From contig NW_015160215.1 of the NCBI RefSeq assembly GCF_001447785.1, forward strand, positions 983,616 through 1,047,615: a DNA stretch of 64,000 nt, read 5' to 3'. The position numbers and the translations under genes were made by a program. Source of the stretch: Gekko japonicus (taxonomy: Eukaryota). The notes beneath the pieces are model-generated. The model did not search any database. It was not told the DNA's origin and saw only the letters and a program-made list of their open reading frames with translations. Positions 36,783 through 51,061 of the stretch are shown here, in pieces. Each line of letters opens with the position of its first letter. Position 1 is the stretch's first letter.

Positions 36783-39700
36783 CACATGTGGCTCACAAAC
36801 CACTGAATGAATATCCCTGGGCTAACACTTTTAATGTTTCATGAACTTTCATAGGTTACATACTACTTCATTTGACCCACGGAGTGGTATGGAAAGGATG
36901 GAAAGTAGACATTCATGGATTCAGATTTATTTTTTAAAGTTAAACAGCAGTGTGAACAATGGGACTAAGATATCATCTGTGATGACATCTGGATGTCTGT
37001 TCTGTACTTTCAACCTTTGGTGGTCTGGGACTTGCCTGCTCTAACCTGATCTTGAGTTCATTTGTGCTGTTATAGAACTGGGACATACCTCTTGCCCTTC
37101 TTTGTCTTTAGGCTCTGTTGGGTATGTATGTATCCTGAAATGTACTCATGAAATAAGTTGGAATCTGTGCTGATGTGCAGCCACATGTGATTATTTCAGA
37201 GGGAAGTCTGCATACACAGAATACATAGCTCTGTGATTCCCGCTTTCATTCAGTTTCTGTCCTCACATGATCAGTCTTAAGAACAATGTGAAAGAATGGC
37301 TGAGCCTGTAAACATCCAAAACTGATTCTTGGGAATCAACCCTAAATGCTTCTTTTGGCAGGCAACTCAAAGCCACCACTAAACTTCTTATATCATTCTT
37401 GAAACCTCATGCTAGCTGGGTGGCTGGTCCTATTTCACTGGAAATTGTTCCGGCAGCTTGTAATTGCCAGTGCATTTCTGTGCTCCATCTTTGTCCTTCT
37501 CTGAGCCATAGCCCACAGAGAATGATGTGGCTCCAGCTAACGCTAAAAAAATGCATCTCTCAAAAATGCTGGGGGGAAATAAAGTGGTTTAAAAGAAGCC
37601 AGACAGGACTGAGGAGGAGTTTCTTTCTAAAAATTATGGCTTCCAGGAACATGGCAATAGCCCAAAAATACTGCAGTGAAGTGCTCCATTGGATGTGGAG
37701 GAGACGGGGAAGGATAACACTGGCTGATCCGTAATGGTTTGGATTATTTCCATTGCCAGAAAAAAGAGAGATCACACTTTTGTTGTATTTATTGAATACA
37801 GTATGCAAACCTGTTGTCCTTCTGGGTAAATAATTATGTAAAATCCTATGATATGCACTTGACATTTTTCAAGATTTTACTGTAGAGCACACTATCCCAA
37901 ATCCTGTGTGATAGAAAACAAACCAGTGAGAATTGTGCTATTGAAGCTGTCCACATGCAAAAGCCTGTTTATTTCCTAAAACAGTTAAATGCTTAGCCTT
38001 GCTAAATTCACAAGCATTAAAAAAACTTTTCTCCGCATCATCCTGCTCCTCATTACCCAGATTGCACTCTTGTGTTTGATGCTGGAGAGATCCATGACCT
38101 CACCAAAACAATTTTTGTTAACTCAAACCATTATCTTGCAACACAAAGGCCTGAGACACATCTGTCAACAACTGCTCTGCCAAGTCACCCCACAAGTATT
38201 TGATTATGATTTCATAAACAGAAACATTTCTCCAAAGATCTTTGACAAATCTGTGAGTGGGCAAGGGAAGAACATGAAGACAGCTGAATTAAACAAAAGA
38301 AGTTCTGCTGCAATGCAAACCATTTTTGCCTCCCTTGGTGAATTAAGCAGCTCGAGAAATACCAAACCCTTAAGGATCATTAAGAACAGAACAATGTAGA
38401 AAAAAAAGGTTCTTTCTTCTGCTGAAGTATTACAGTCAGTAAAACAATGCAGCTGATCAAGATGCATTTCCAAACGTATACTTCAGTGATTAAGGAAGTG
38501 GATTAGATACATTTCAGAGACATTTTAGGCACTCTGAAATTCCTTTGAAATGATGGTATTTCAGAGGATGGAACTTAAACTCCACTGCCTTCTTGGAGGC
38601 AAGGTGTCTTTTTCAGTACACACAGCACAGCAAGATAGCTGGGTTTGCCCCCAATGTACATTCAACAGGAAGCAGCAGCTAATCCCAGTTCTCTGGAAAT
38701 GAATGTATTGAATCCAAGCTCATATAAACAGAAGGAATTTGTTGAGGTGGATCTTCCCATGCATTTGGTTTCCAAAGCAGCCCTTTGGGTTCTCTGAAAT
38801 CCTACTGTGGTTGATTACAGCTCTTTGGCTGTTTTCATGGCATCTACTACAGGCAAGGAACAGCAAGGAGATGGCAATCCGTAGTATCTACACATTGTGG
38901 CATGTTGGCCAGCAAACAACAACAACCCTCAGCACTGGCTTTTTGCAGTAGCACAGAGGAGTGTCAGGGAAATGAGAAGTGGAGACAATCAGTTTCTACA
39001 AACTCCTTCGATTCATAGAGATTGAATTCAACCCAGAGGCTGAAGCTCTGTGTGCTGTGTCAAGCAATAGCACAGTGATGGGAACTGCAAGATCTCCAAC
39101 AGCAAGAAGCTTGCTGTCAATTTGAGAATGAAAGGAACTTTGTAGATATGTTTTTTCCTGAATTGCTACTTGTACTTGTGTCCTTTCCTTTCTTCAAAAT
39201 ATTTCTTTGCAGTCCAAGGTGGCTTACATATCTGTTTGCATTTCAGTCTTAGCCGTTTTTGCCTACTTTAGGTGTTTGATGTCTCTGACCAGCCCAAGTC
39301 ATAATTGGCACTGACTGTTTCCACCACCAAATTTGTGTGAGATGTCTTTTAATTTCCCATGAGAAAAAAACCTTTACTGTGGAGCAAAAGAACATTTTGT
39401 GCTTCATATTTTCTCGATACATAACCTTTGCAAAGAATGGATTCAAGATATTGCACTATTGTAAGTTGAATTTGTCAAGGAGACGTAAACATTAAACCCA
39501 GCTGCATGGCACACAATCCATTACTCTGAAACTCTGCGACACTCACATACTTCATTCTACACATGGGGTTGTTTGCATTCTTTTTTTTTTTTAAATTCAA
39601 GCTTTTTTTCAAGACTTGGGTCATTTTTGGCTTTCCTAAGCGCAGTTTGTGGTATGGTGCAAAGGAGAAATACATACATGTCTCCCCATTTATTGGTAAG

Positions 39701-42700
39701 GTTGGGGGTTGTACTTCCTGAAGTACTTTGACTATCTGAGAGCTTTATAACCCTAACAATTGGGTGCTCATATTTGTGTGCAAGAAAAGGTTTTTACAAC
39801 AATAACAAAAAATGTGCAAGGTTGAAACCTCAGCAGCTGCTGAGTTATTCGCTCTTTGTGTGTCTGAACTTCCACAATATTTTTAGTTGTGTCTCCTTTT
39901 TTCTTCTTTTGCAAGGCTGTAACCTACAATATTTAGCACTTACAAAATGACTTCAGTGGCAGGGTTCCTCCCCCCCTCCCATCCATGAACTTCTTCTTTC
40001 TATGTAGAACATTTTTACACCAGTCAGCACATTGGAGCTGTAACTGAGGGTATAACCATTGTTTATAGGTTTTCTGTAGATTTTTATTACAGCTGTGACA
40101 TTAGATTGATGGACTATTTCCATCTTGTTCCCTGCCAATTGCCCGCTGAATGGATACATGACGGCATGATGGATGTGTGACGGGGCCATGGTGGGGAGAC
40201 AGCTGTTGCAATAACAATAGCTGTGATCGTGAAATGGTGTTAACCTCTTACTGTTGCTGCTAATTTCCTTTAATCTAACATTTAACAAAATCCAGAGGAA
40301 AAGAGAGAGAAAAGAAGCTTGTAAAAAGGAAAGTGAGGGAGCTGACAATCATCCTTTCTGGCCCAATTAAGGCAATTCCCTGCTCGATGGGAAGAAGTCC
40401 TCAAGGAACCTTTCAAAGGAGAATACTGCAATGTTCTAGGCAGAGCCAAAGGTTAGCATGGCTAGAAAAGAGATTTACTTTCCACTGAGGGAAGAAGGAA
40501 AGAAATGTCTGCAATTTCACAGCAGGGAATACCCAGGTCTTGCCTGAGGAGAAGCATGAACTTGCCAAGAAGCAACCATTTGGAGGTTTGTGTCAGGGAA
40601 AAAATGCTCTGAGATAAGTCATCAGTTCCTTTGAACACTTAAAAGTGTGAGGTTTATTTACTGTTTCAAAGAGCTACTGGTGTTATCTCTGGAGAGATGT
40701 TAGAAACTGAGGCGGAATATCTCCAGCCCAGTTTTAACATTTGAAATGCTGTCATTGGCTTCATTTCACAGCAAATCCATAGCCCAAAGAGGAAAGACGG
40801 AAGGAGACTGGCTTTCCCCTGTCAAGGTTAACTACAGAAGTGCTGTCATGGTTATTTCATTGTTGGGATAGTAGAATGGGATCCAGGTACTGCAAAACTG
40901 TCCTGCACCATAGTTTGTTCATCATGGTGAAGCACTCATTAGAGGAAGAGGAGTCCATCATATACAAGTGTATCTTCTGCAAGTGTATCTTCTTGGCAAG
41001 CTTTTTAAAAAGTGACCGCTGTGACCTCAACGTGACCTCATCATTCTCACTCCTTTACTCTGTAGCTGAGGTACTGTGGGGCAATTGCTAAGACTGGTGA
41101 CTGGGAAGTCCTAAGTTCCAATTCACTTTAACCAATAACTTATTAGGTAAGCCATTTTAAATAATTTTAATTTTCCCACATCTCAGTCCTCCACCTGTAA
41201 CCCAGGAATAAAAACATTTGCTTCGTTAAAAGGCCTGTTGTAAGCTAAAATTTCAGTGAATTTAAGTGTGCTTGATACACCTGAGAACAAAACACGTTAG
41301 CCTCAACCCAGTAGAGAATTAAATGTGCTCAAACCCATTGATTTTGGTTGGTTTAAGCACACTTCCATGTGTGCTCTGTTTTGGTAATTTTGAATCCACA
41401 AGATGTCATTCCCATCATTGCCTGTGATCCCACAACATTAGCACTAATACATTTCAAATATCAAAGGTCCCTGTTGGTAAACTGACCCTTACTCCTATGC
41501 CCCAACGATGTTGCTTTTAAAGAAATCACTTCCCATAATTATATTTGGACTTTCAAGTGCCATGTGAGTTACCAATGGAAGCTTCCTATCAGAAATAGAA
41601 ATGTATCCCACACAATCTAAATGCTTTAATAATTGCTATAGGCATTTTTGTGCACAGTCTGCAACCTAATATTATTTTATTTGTTGAATAATTAATATTT
41701 TAATTGCATTCTTTTTTAATTAGATAAAAAGAAATAGATTAAATAATTAAGAATATTACTGCTAATTATACTTTATTCTGTTTGCGGAATATGTTTTGCA
41801 ATTGGGCTCTCTGTGCTTCAAATACAAGTTTAAACAAAACAAAACTTGCTGGTGAACTTTCATTTTGATACTACTTGCAGAATCAAATAACAGCAGAGGT
41901 CCACATGGTAGCATGGTTTAGGCCGCAGAAGAATTATTTTCTTTCTAAATTTTGGAGTGAGTGACTCAGCATGGCTGGACATTGGTGTGTGTGTGTGTGT
42001 GTGTGTGTTACATCATTCTAAGGGTGTATATGTGCTATCTCCTCGAAAGGGATGCCTCTCTTTGTCTGAACTGGGGAGCTGCCTTCTGCTCCCTCTTCTC
42101 TCTCTGTTTCTCTCTCCATGGCCTTCCATGGAGACACATGTCTCTGAAGGTCTCTCCTGTAGAAAACAATGCCTTCATATTCCCATACATATGATGCTAG
42201 ATTAGCTGGCCATTTGTGACAGGGAATGTACTCTTTAGATTGGGCTTCTTTCTCTTATTTTGACAGCAACATGAATGTGAACTGGATCTACTTTTTTGCA
42301 ATATACCTTTAATGCAATATACTTTTTGGGAGATTTGTTTACTGCACTCAGTATCATGCTTCTGTGGCTAGACAAAACTCTGCTATATTAACCCAGTATC
42401 CCAGTAATAAAGCTATTGTTTTTAGGTCCTCAAATAACAACGGTCATCTTGTACAATATATTATGGCAAGTACAGAGCTGGTATATGGTTTTACAATCAA
42501 GTCTGCTGTCTAGAAATCGTGGAAGAGATGAAGCAGCTGGATTTAAGCAAGGCAGAGAAAAATTAGCAGGGATCAGCAGCAGGTAAGACACAGGCAACAG
42601 AAGGAAACAGATCAGACGGAATCACTGATGGGCAGTGCTGGTATTAACCATGAAATAAGAGGGTAAATTACTTGGGACAGCAGACTCCAGACCGCTGTTT

Positions 42701-43515
42701 TGGACATGCTATCTCTGCCTTTTGGTATCATTCAAATAATGATCCCCAATCCATTAATATGTTTTTTACTTTTGCCTCAGATAATGACTAGGCAATTAGT
42801 TTTAGGAATTATGAAAATCAGGGAACCGATTGGGAAAGGGAGCTCTAATGGGGGGGGGGGGATAACTCAGATGTGCATTTCTACAGGAGTGTTTTGAGTA
42901 GGTAGAACCCCTATTTCTAGAATGCTCACATTTCTAGATCCATAAGGACTCAATACAGCCAGGATGTCAATCTTGGACTGATCAATGCCTTGCAGTGAGC
43001 ATGCTTCTACCTTATGTGGCTGGTAGAAAGATTAAAAAAGAAACTCGTTGGAGTTGTATTATGTAGTCCTTAAAAGTGCCTGCTGGAGGGAAGGGCACAT
43101 TCTGGATCAGGACCACAGAACAGGGCAAAGGGTTCCCCCCCACCCACCCATTATATTTTCTCAGAAATAGTTGGGCTGGGAAGCCTTTCTTTTCAAAGAA
43201 ATTGTTGGGGGGGGGGGTTAAGCCCCCTTCCTCTGTGCACCATAGTCCCAATCTCAATCAGGCCCATGTGTACCTGGAAGGCATGGATTGCCAAAACATG
43301 TCTTTGTAATATGGGAACCAGACCTAGGGGCCAACATTCTTCCTAACACTGAACTCATGGAAAACATAAGTAAGATCACTTCCTGCATTTACAGATGTCT
43401 GCTGAAGTGTGACTGAGGATGCGGGTGAGCTTCCTGTTTCATTCTGCCTAAGTTTTTGTTTCTGTTTTGAACGCTTCCAATACATATACCAGACAAAAAT
43501 CTGTGATGTTGGCAA

Positions 43516-44643
43516 ATGACCCTCATTTCGTTCTTGTGGGAAGGGAAAAAGTCCAGGATTAGCTCGGGTATTTTGACTAAGCCAGCTTCACGAGGAGGGT
43601 TGGATTTCCCCCTCCTAAGTGCTTATCATCAAGCTTCCATTCTAGCAGCAATGGTGACGGCACAACAGGAATCCCCACCACTTTGGTGCCAGATGGAACA
43701 GATCTATGTAGCTCCTTACTCTCTCCAAGAAGCTAGTTGGATGCCGTCCTCACGCAGCTCTAAAACTCATTGGGATAACCCTTGCCTAAATGTGATGCTT
43801 AGGAGTTGGGATTGTAAAAGAAAGCTATTGATCCCGGGCATTTCGCCACTTACCACCATTGTGAATCAAGTTTGGTTTCAACCAGCACAGGAGATAGGGG
43901 CATACAAAGATTGGATAGAAGCGGGATTTTCTTGGCTGATTGACTTCGTTTTGTGTGGGAAAATGCGAGAAAAAGCATATTTTGAAGAACAGGCTGGGGT
44001 AAGCTGCTCCTGGCACAGTTACCTACAATTGAAAAACCTAATGGAATTTTTGGATATGAATTTAATAGACCCCTTTCTGGATTGGAAAAACTCTTGTTGA
44101 TTTACTCTGACTCTTCCAAGGGACTAATGGCAAACTTATACAAACTACTTCAAGAGGCAGAAACACAATCACTGCAAAGACATCAACTTCGCTGGCAGGA
44201 GGACTTAATGATGAATATACTGGATCAAGTGTGGACTGAAATCTGGAACTCACCAATCAATCATTCTAGAAACTTTACCATCCATTTACAATTTTTTAAG
44301 CTGGTCACTAGGTGGTATTATACACCAGAAAAGCTAAACAAGATGAATCCAACAGTGAGCCCATGCTACTGGAAGAAGTGTGGAAACATAGGGTCATATT
44401 TGCACTGTTGGTGGGAGTGCCCAATCATAAATGCCTTCTGGGTGGAGGTTATCGGGAAAATAAGTGAGATCACTTCACAATCGCTACAGATCTGCCCCGA
44501 ACTTGCACTTCTTGATTTGCTTCACCTGACTTCTGCTACAAAGGCCCAGAAGGAACTCATTTCCAAACTGTTAGCAGCTGCAAGTTTAGCCATTGCTTCT
44601 ACCGGGAAAGCCAGTTCGCTTCCTTCAATTAAAACCTGGTTTG
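43516..44643 (+). mobile_element. L1-clade ORF2 C-terminal fragment (frameshifted)
   Basis: FLWEGKKSRI..GGLDFP..YHQA, WYYTPEKL, WKKCG..GSYLHCWWECP..FW; collinear with the L1 at 20736. Confidence 0.9.
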
Positions 44644-44720
44644 AAAAGGGAAAGGAGTTTGTAAGCCACTCTGAGACTCCAAGTGAAGGGCGGGGTATAA
44701 ATCCAATCTCTTCTTCTTCA
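44644..44720 (+). mobile_element. Squam3-type SINE 3' end fused to the L1 fragment
   Basis: gggaaaggagtttgtaagccactctgagactcc...(ctt)n. Confidence 0.85.
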
Positions 44721-47203
44721 TCAAAGTCACAGATCAGTTCCAATGTTGTTTAAAAGCCACAGGAGCTGGTTTTGCTGACAAGGGTCAGCATGGATGGTGG
44801 AGGAGGCTTTTGCTTCCCACAAGCTTTTCCCTTGATCCAAAGAACCCCAATTATTTGCATAAATCTGGAGCTTTATGTATGTGGAGTAGTCTGAGCACTC
44901 ACAGATCAGCACAGACAGACTCCTCCAAGGAAATTCCTTTTCTGGTGTTTGTCTCCAAAGGAGGTTGACTGAGAGCACTCACCTCCTGATCCCTTGCAAG
45001 GATCTGATTGGAAGGGAGAAATGCCACTGCCTGGGAAATTCAGAAAATCACCCCCCCCAAAAAAAAAACCCCCACAAGTTGCCTTCTGCTGACTGCAGTC
45101 ATGGACTCACCAAATAACTTTATGGAAGCTGCAGAGACCACCCACTCTTCCAAAGTACAAAGATAACTGATCTACTTTACAAGATTGTTCTAATAATCAT
45201 TAAGGTAGTTTACAGGTAATATATAGGAAGTACTTGGATGCTATGTACTATTAATAGTACTGTTACTGATTTTTTGCTGAAATACTAAATGCTCAGTATT
45301 CATTGTATATTTTGAGAATATGTTCTACATGAAAGCTATGAAAGTAGAATTCTTTAATGTAATGTTGCTTTTTCATAGCCCGGGTCTGCACTGGATCAAC
45401 ATGACAGTGTGATCAGGCACACTATGGACCAATATGTCCCATCCAACCAGTTTACTGGTAGGCTGTAGCATGAAGGGAATTGGATCTGACCTGGAATCAT
45501 ACCTTTGAAAGGGTATTGAGATTATTCCTGAATCTGGGGATGATCCATGAGGATCCATCTACCTCCTACTCCCTTTGCTGTAATTCTGCAAAGCTAACAA
45601 GAATATTGCAAAGTTAGCATGGGAAATAGACAAATAAAGGTAGCACAGTAATCTGAAGAGAGAAAGTGTGCCATGTCTACAATTTGGAGATGTGGCCGAA
45701 GCAAATAGACGAGTCTTTAAAACTTTGAATAGATTAACTAAATATAACATTCGATCACAAACTAATATTCTGAAGACAGTCCCTGTGCACAGCATAAAGA
45801 AATGTGATGGATCAGTTTAACTATATGGCACTACCAGATGTCAGTCAGAGAAATACAGTAGGTCTAGAAAGGATTTAGAAAGTTCATCCTCTCAAGGCAG
45901 TGTTACAGGATTTCTCTCTGTCTTAAATTGTCATTAAGGGAATATCCATGATGGTTGGGCTTTCAACCAAGACACTAAGGCTGCACAGTCCTAAGAATAC
46001 TTGCTTGGGAGTAAGCCATATGCAATAAAATAAAATTAGACTTACTTCCCAGTAGGCATGCTTAGAATTGCTCCCTAAATAATAGTGTGGCTTCATTATT
46101 CTGATTCTATTCTTGATTTTAGATGTAAACAAGAATATTAAAGTGGGGGGGGACTCAAAATATTTGCCAGCGTGGCCCAAATTATTACAAGACTTTTAGA
46201 CTTGTCTTCCAATCTAGAAACTCTGAACTGGACTGAACAAATAACAGGATACCAGTAGATTATTATTGTGAATATCTGCAACATTATGTAGAGGATTCAA
46301 ATCCAGAAATTATGATAAATTTAGATACAATAGCTATGTCTGGTGCACTATACTGAAAGCCAAAGAAGCCTGTTATTAAAAAGTATGGAACTTGAGAAAG
46401 AGACTTAAGCTTTCCAGAAGCTGGTGTGACACAGTTGTAAGCGTATGAACTGTGATCCAGAGGGCCTCCGTTCAAATGTCACCTCCATCACAAATCCATT
46501 ACTTGGTTTTAGGCAACCCATTTTGGTCTTAGGCAACCCATTTTTTCTCAGCTTCTGATCTGCAATAAGGAGATAATACTAGTTGCCTACCTTAAAGGAT
46601 TGTTGGAATGTCTATCATTTTTAGCGCTATGCAAATGTTACACATAATAATACAAGAAGGACATAGACAATTGATGAGGATGCTGCAAATTTCACTACAA
46701 ACATGTTGGATAATCAATCTTACTGTGTCTGAAGCTTTTGATCAGACATGAGACAATCACCTGATCTGTTCAGTATATGCTGAACAGCTATGAACACCGG
46801 CCAAAAAGGTTTGCATTGTACTTGCAGAACTGCACAAGTGCAAAGATGCTGCTTTGCTGACTCAAACCAATGAACAGCCATTAGTGTCACTAGAGAATAC
46901 TCAGATGAACACCATAGGACAGAATGTTATTAAAACACAGCATGTATTTATATAAATTGTGACTGATTTAATTGTATCTTTAAACAACTGTTGGGGGGAT
47001 AGAAGTGAACTGGGCTGCATAAGAATGTGCATGCACAAAAAGCCGATTGTACTGTACTGTGTGGTTAAGATGGAACACATTGAAGCAACCTGTTGAACAG
47101 CCACAAATTGGGCAATGAACAGTCAAAACAATCCTCAAACAATCAGGTCCCCATTTGCAACTGATGTGAATTGAACTGGCTGGCATTTGAACATCCCTAA
47201 CAA

Positions 47204-47526
47204 GCTGCGGTGGCTCAGTGGTTAAGATGCTGAACTGCAGGCTGGAAGGTTGGTAGTTCAGCAGTTCGAGACCTGAGTGCTGCATGATGGAGTGAGCTCC
47301 TGTCTCTGGTTCCAGCTCCTGCCAACCTAGCAGTTCAAAATTGCAAGTAGATAAATAGGTACTACTTTGGTAGGAAGGTAACAGTGTTCCATGTGCCTCG
47401 GCATCTAGTCATGCCGGCCACATGATCACGGAAACATCTTCAGACAGCACTGGCTCTTCAGCTTGGAAATGGAGATGAGCACTGCAACCCTAGAGTCGGA
47501 TTCGACTGGCTTTCAAGCAAGGGAAA
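47204..47526 (+). mobile_element. Sauria SINE (Squam1), near full length
   Basis: A box ggtggctcagtgg, B box gttcgagacc, ctgccaacctagcagttc, gtagataaataggtac, ccctagagtcgga (BovB-like tail); perfect 9-bp TSD ccctaacaa. Confidence 0.9.
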
Positions 47527-47725
47527 CCCTAACAACTGAATGATAATGTTGTAAACAACTGGATTTCTATTATTGTTGTTATTTATTTAATGTCATTATA
47601 ATCTCATTGTCACAACTCCTGTGCTCTTTTGCTCTCGCTCTCACTCTGTCTCCAGCTGTAGCCAGCAAAAAGTATTGAACAGGGTGGCCATTATTAGAAG
47701 AGTATACTGAATTAATTGGATCTTT

Positions 47726-47906
47726 GGGTTGGATCCAGCCAGCTTTTTCACACAATCTCACCTATTTCCCTTATTACTACAACCCCCTATTCCTCATGGC
47801 TTTTTGTAAATGCAGGTCCCATGATTGCCAGCACAGACTTTTTGGGTGGCCAAAGGGTATTTTTCTTCCCTTTTTCACTAGAAGAAAAGCTGACTGGATC
47901 CAACTC
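47726..47906. mobile_element. Palindromic MITE, GGGTTGGATCCA family (related copy ~49729-49876)
   Basis: TIRs gggttggatccagccagctttt / aaaagctgactggatccaactc. Confidence 0.7.
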
Positions 47907-48633
47907 GAAGGTCTAGTAGGTCAACCAGTATGACCATCCTAGTAGCAAGGCAATTCTTATAATACAGAGAAAATAAGGGCTGCTGGATCGTCATTACTTT
48001 ACAAAATTTGCTTTTTTACTTTAATGTTCAGAATGGAGCACAATTATTTTGAAAACCTGCAGTACTGGAGAGAAGGGGGGAAAACACATCTCCAATATTA
48101 TGCAAAGCACATTTCCTAAGGTTTCCCAACCCTTTCTCTGTGCCGGCATCCTTATAGCACCACAAGAGAATTCTTGCTTTAAAAATGCATTGAATTCAAA
48201 GATCAAACAGGTAGAAGCCAAAGCAAGTTCTTCAGCACCCCCACACTAATAATCAGTCATCTTAACTCACCTTGAGCCACTTACAGAGTTGCTGAATCCA
48301 AAAAACAATTGCCACCTAAAACCTTAAGCCCAAACAAAATAACTCAACACAGTCTGCCATCATCATCACCTATGTTAGACTTGCTGTTTTCTGAATAAAC
48401 TAACCAGGAATAATAGTTAGCAGCAAATCTTAAAATGCAAGTCAAGCATGCACACCCAACTTGTTGGCACTGTTAAAGTAAAATGTACAAAAGCAGTTTT
48501 TGCTTTTAAGGAGCATTGATATTTGAACTTCAGTGTTGTGAAGAAGAATCCAAAAGGCAGGCAGAGGTTTAGAAATTTACTGTCTCTGTCTTCCCATGTG
48601 ACTCTATCATACATTAAAAAATCCCCAAATGCT

Positions 48634-48923
48634 TGTGAAAAGTACTGAGAAGTGTGATTTCAGAAAGTACTTTTATTCAGAAGGAACAAGACAAAGAAAG
48701 CCAGCTCGCAGGCCGGTTTATATGCACTGAAAACCCACCACCTAAACACACCCCCTATTTCCCTATAGGCTATTTACAGTGGCTCTCGGCCGTGGACCTG
48801 GCCCTCTGATAGGTGCGGGCTAGGATCCGCTTGGCTATTGTCTTTAGAGGAGCGAAGCTCCGATGTTCGGCCTGACCGCATGGCCCAACGGTCGCGCACG
48901 TGGTCATGGCGGAGTACATTACA
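48634..48923 (-). mobile_element. Solo LTR (Gypsy or ERV type), CpG-rich
   Basis: Minus strand TGTAATGTACT...AGTACTTTTCACA termini; TATA-like CATATAAA followed by AATAAA in LTR order. Only a 3-bp flank match (gct). Confidence 0.7.
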
Positions 48924-50345
48924 GCTAGATATTCCATTTGTGAAACCAAAACTGAGAAAAAACGAACACACACACACATCAGTAGTTCTAGATCTTAGAA
49001 AGTTGGTGAGAAACCAGACATCTGTGTATGCATGCACATGTATGGACATCCCTTTCTTCACTTGATAGTGTCTCCTGACTAGGATTGTCTAATGGAAAAA
49101 AATAAACATTAGCACACAATACATTTTCCAGAAATTCAACACAAGAACTAAAAAAAAATCTTTATATTAAGTGAAGATTTGCAAGCTTGCTTTGTAGAAT
49201 AATTGTAGCAATTAAAGTCTTTTGGCAGTGTTCAGGAGCCTGAGAAATGGCAGAGGGAAAGAACAACTCTTTCTCCTTTGAGACTACATTCTGTGCATTC
49301 CCTCTCTCTTAGTTTACCCATGAGGACTCCCTTTCTACCTAAATCAAATTATATTGAATCCATCTTGAATTCAGATGTTCCTTATTTTAGGATCCTTGTC
49401 ATATTATTTGTCTAATGGGCATGCTCAACTCATTTTATCTTTATGAATTTCAAATCATTTTGCTAGTGAATTTTCTCTCTGTCTGGAGACTTAGTACTTA
49501 CATCTTCTATCTTCATGATTAACACTTTATCACCTTTCATATCTAAGAGAATGTGCAGGTAATTGCTGAGTGGTAGCATGCCACAATTAAAAAATGCTGA
49601 TCACCATTTGTTTTTTTTTAAAAAAAGTATAAAGAATAAGGTAGCCATAAAAATCTGAGCATATATCCATCTGATATAGTTTAACTACCATGTCAATGGC
49701 ATAAATCCATAAGAGTAAATAAAATGAATGGGTTAGATCCAAAGATTACATTCTACTAATAATGGAGCTCTCATCTGACACAAAGACAGTGCACAGGGTC
49801 ATGGCCCAGCAGAAGAGTTGTGTCCTATCAGTGGAAGGCTCTACCATTAATGAAACAGAACCTTTGGATCCAGCCCCATAACTTCAAGAACAAAAGGAAA
49901 GAAGATAATGGGGGAAAGTTACTGACACTGGAAATTATCTGATCCTTTGAGAGCATACAATTTTTAATAGACTTTTATTTTTATACCATGATTATTTTTA
50001 AAACAAAATTATTGAAAGAAATGCAACAAAACAGCAAAGATAAAAAACGCATTACAGTCAAACAACAGAATATGAAGTGAAAACAGAACTGTAAAATCCA
50101 AGAATAGACAAGGAGTAAACAAGATACCCCAACACATTCCACAGAGTAACCTTCGCATCCGTCAAAATCAACCCAAAGTGAGATTAATTTCAGCCCTCTT
50201 CATGAACAAAAATGGTGATTGAGCCTGAGAGAGTCATAAAGTATTTTGTTAGCATCTCTATGACATTTTTTATGTGGATAAATAGATAAAAATGGGCCCA
50301 AGGGATGTAGGAAGCCTTTGATGGAAGAATGTCATTTTCCGACAT

Positions 50346-50819
50346 ATATTTATTTATTTATTTATTTATTCGATTTGTTATCCCGCCCTAACCCCTAAGG
50401 GTCTCTGGCCGGCTTACAGACAGTGCTAATCACATTTACAGAATCTAACCTAAGGCCACAGATATACAGGGGTGGTAACTACCCTACCAGGCACCCTTTT
50501 TGCGTCGGATCTTCGGTTGTTGTCCTGTTCTTGCGGGCGGTAGCGGCGTCCTTTTCTGGTGCTGGTCTTTGGAGTTCCCTTCTTGAAGAACCCTTGACCA
50601 GACTGCAACAAACTGATCATAACCTTTAGATATGACCATAGCAGTGTTTTGCGTGACTTGTATTTGTCTAAAATAAACTGCTCTTTCAGGAACAGCTGTG
50701 CCAGAGCTTGTGACTGACCCAAGGTCACATCAGCAGGGGCAAGTGGAGGAGTGGGGAATCAAACTCGGTTCTCCCAGATTAGAGTCCTCACACTTACCCA
50801 CTACACCAAACTGGCTCTC
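50346..50819 (-). mobile_element. Composite retroposon: Squam3-type 5' half, ~255-bp unassigned segment, L2-type 3' end with (TAAA)n
   Basis: SINE head at 50676-50819; tail at 50346-50418; the middle is unlike other SINE copies in the window. Confidence 0.6.
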
Positions 50820-51061
50820 TTATTGATCAAAATAGAGAACCCAGAGACAATTTGTAAGCAAACATATCATGTATCTTAGCCCTCAGACTACCCCACACCA
50901 TGCCCACTGCCACCTCTTCCTTCTCCAGGAACTCCTTAAATAGTAGTAGTACTATTTAAGGTACTAATTACTATTCAAGACATGAGTCTCAAAGGCACTG
51001 AATGATTTGATTTATCACATGCCATCATACACACACAGACAAATGTTCTATTTTTCTTTTT

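Noticed and set aside
37306-37330. TGTAAACATCC, matching the 5' end of miR-30
   Set aside because: The match stops after 11 nt and there is no complementary 3' arm to form a pre-miRNA.
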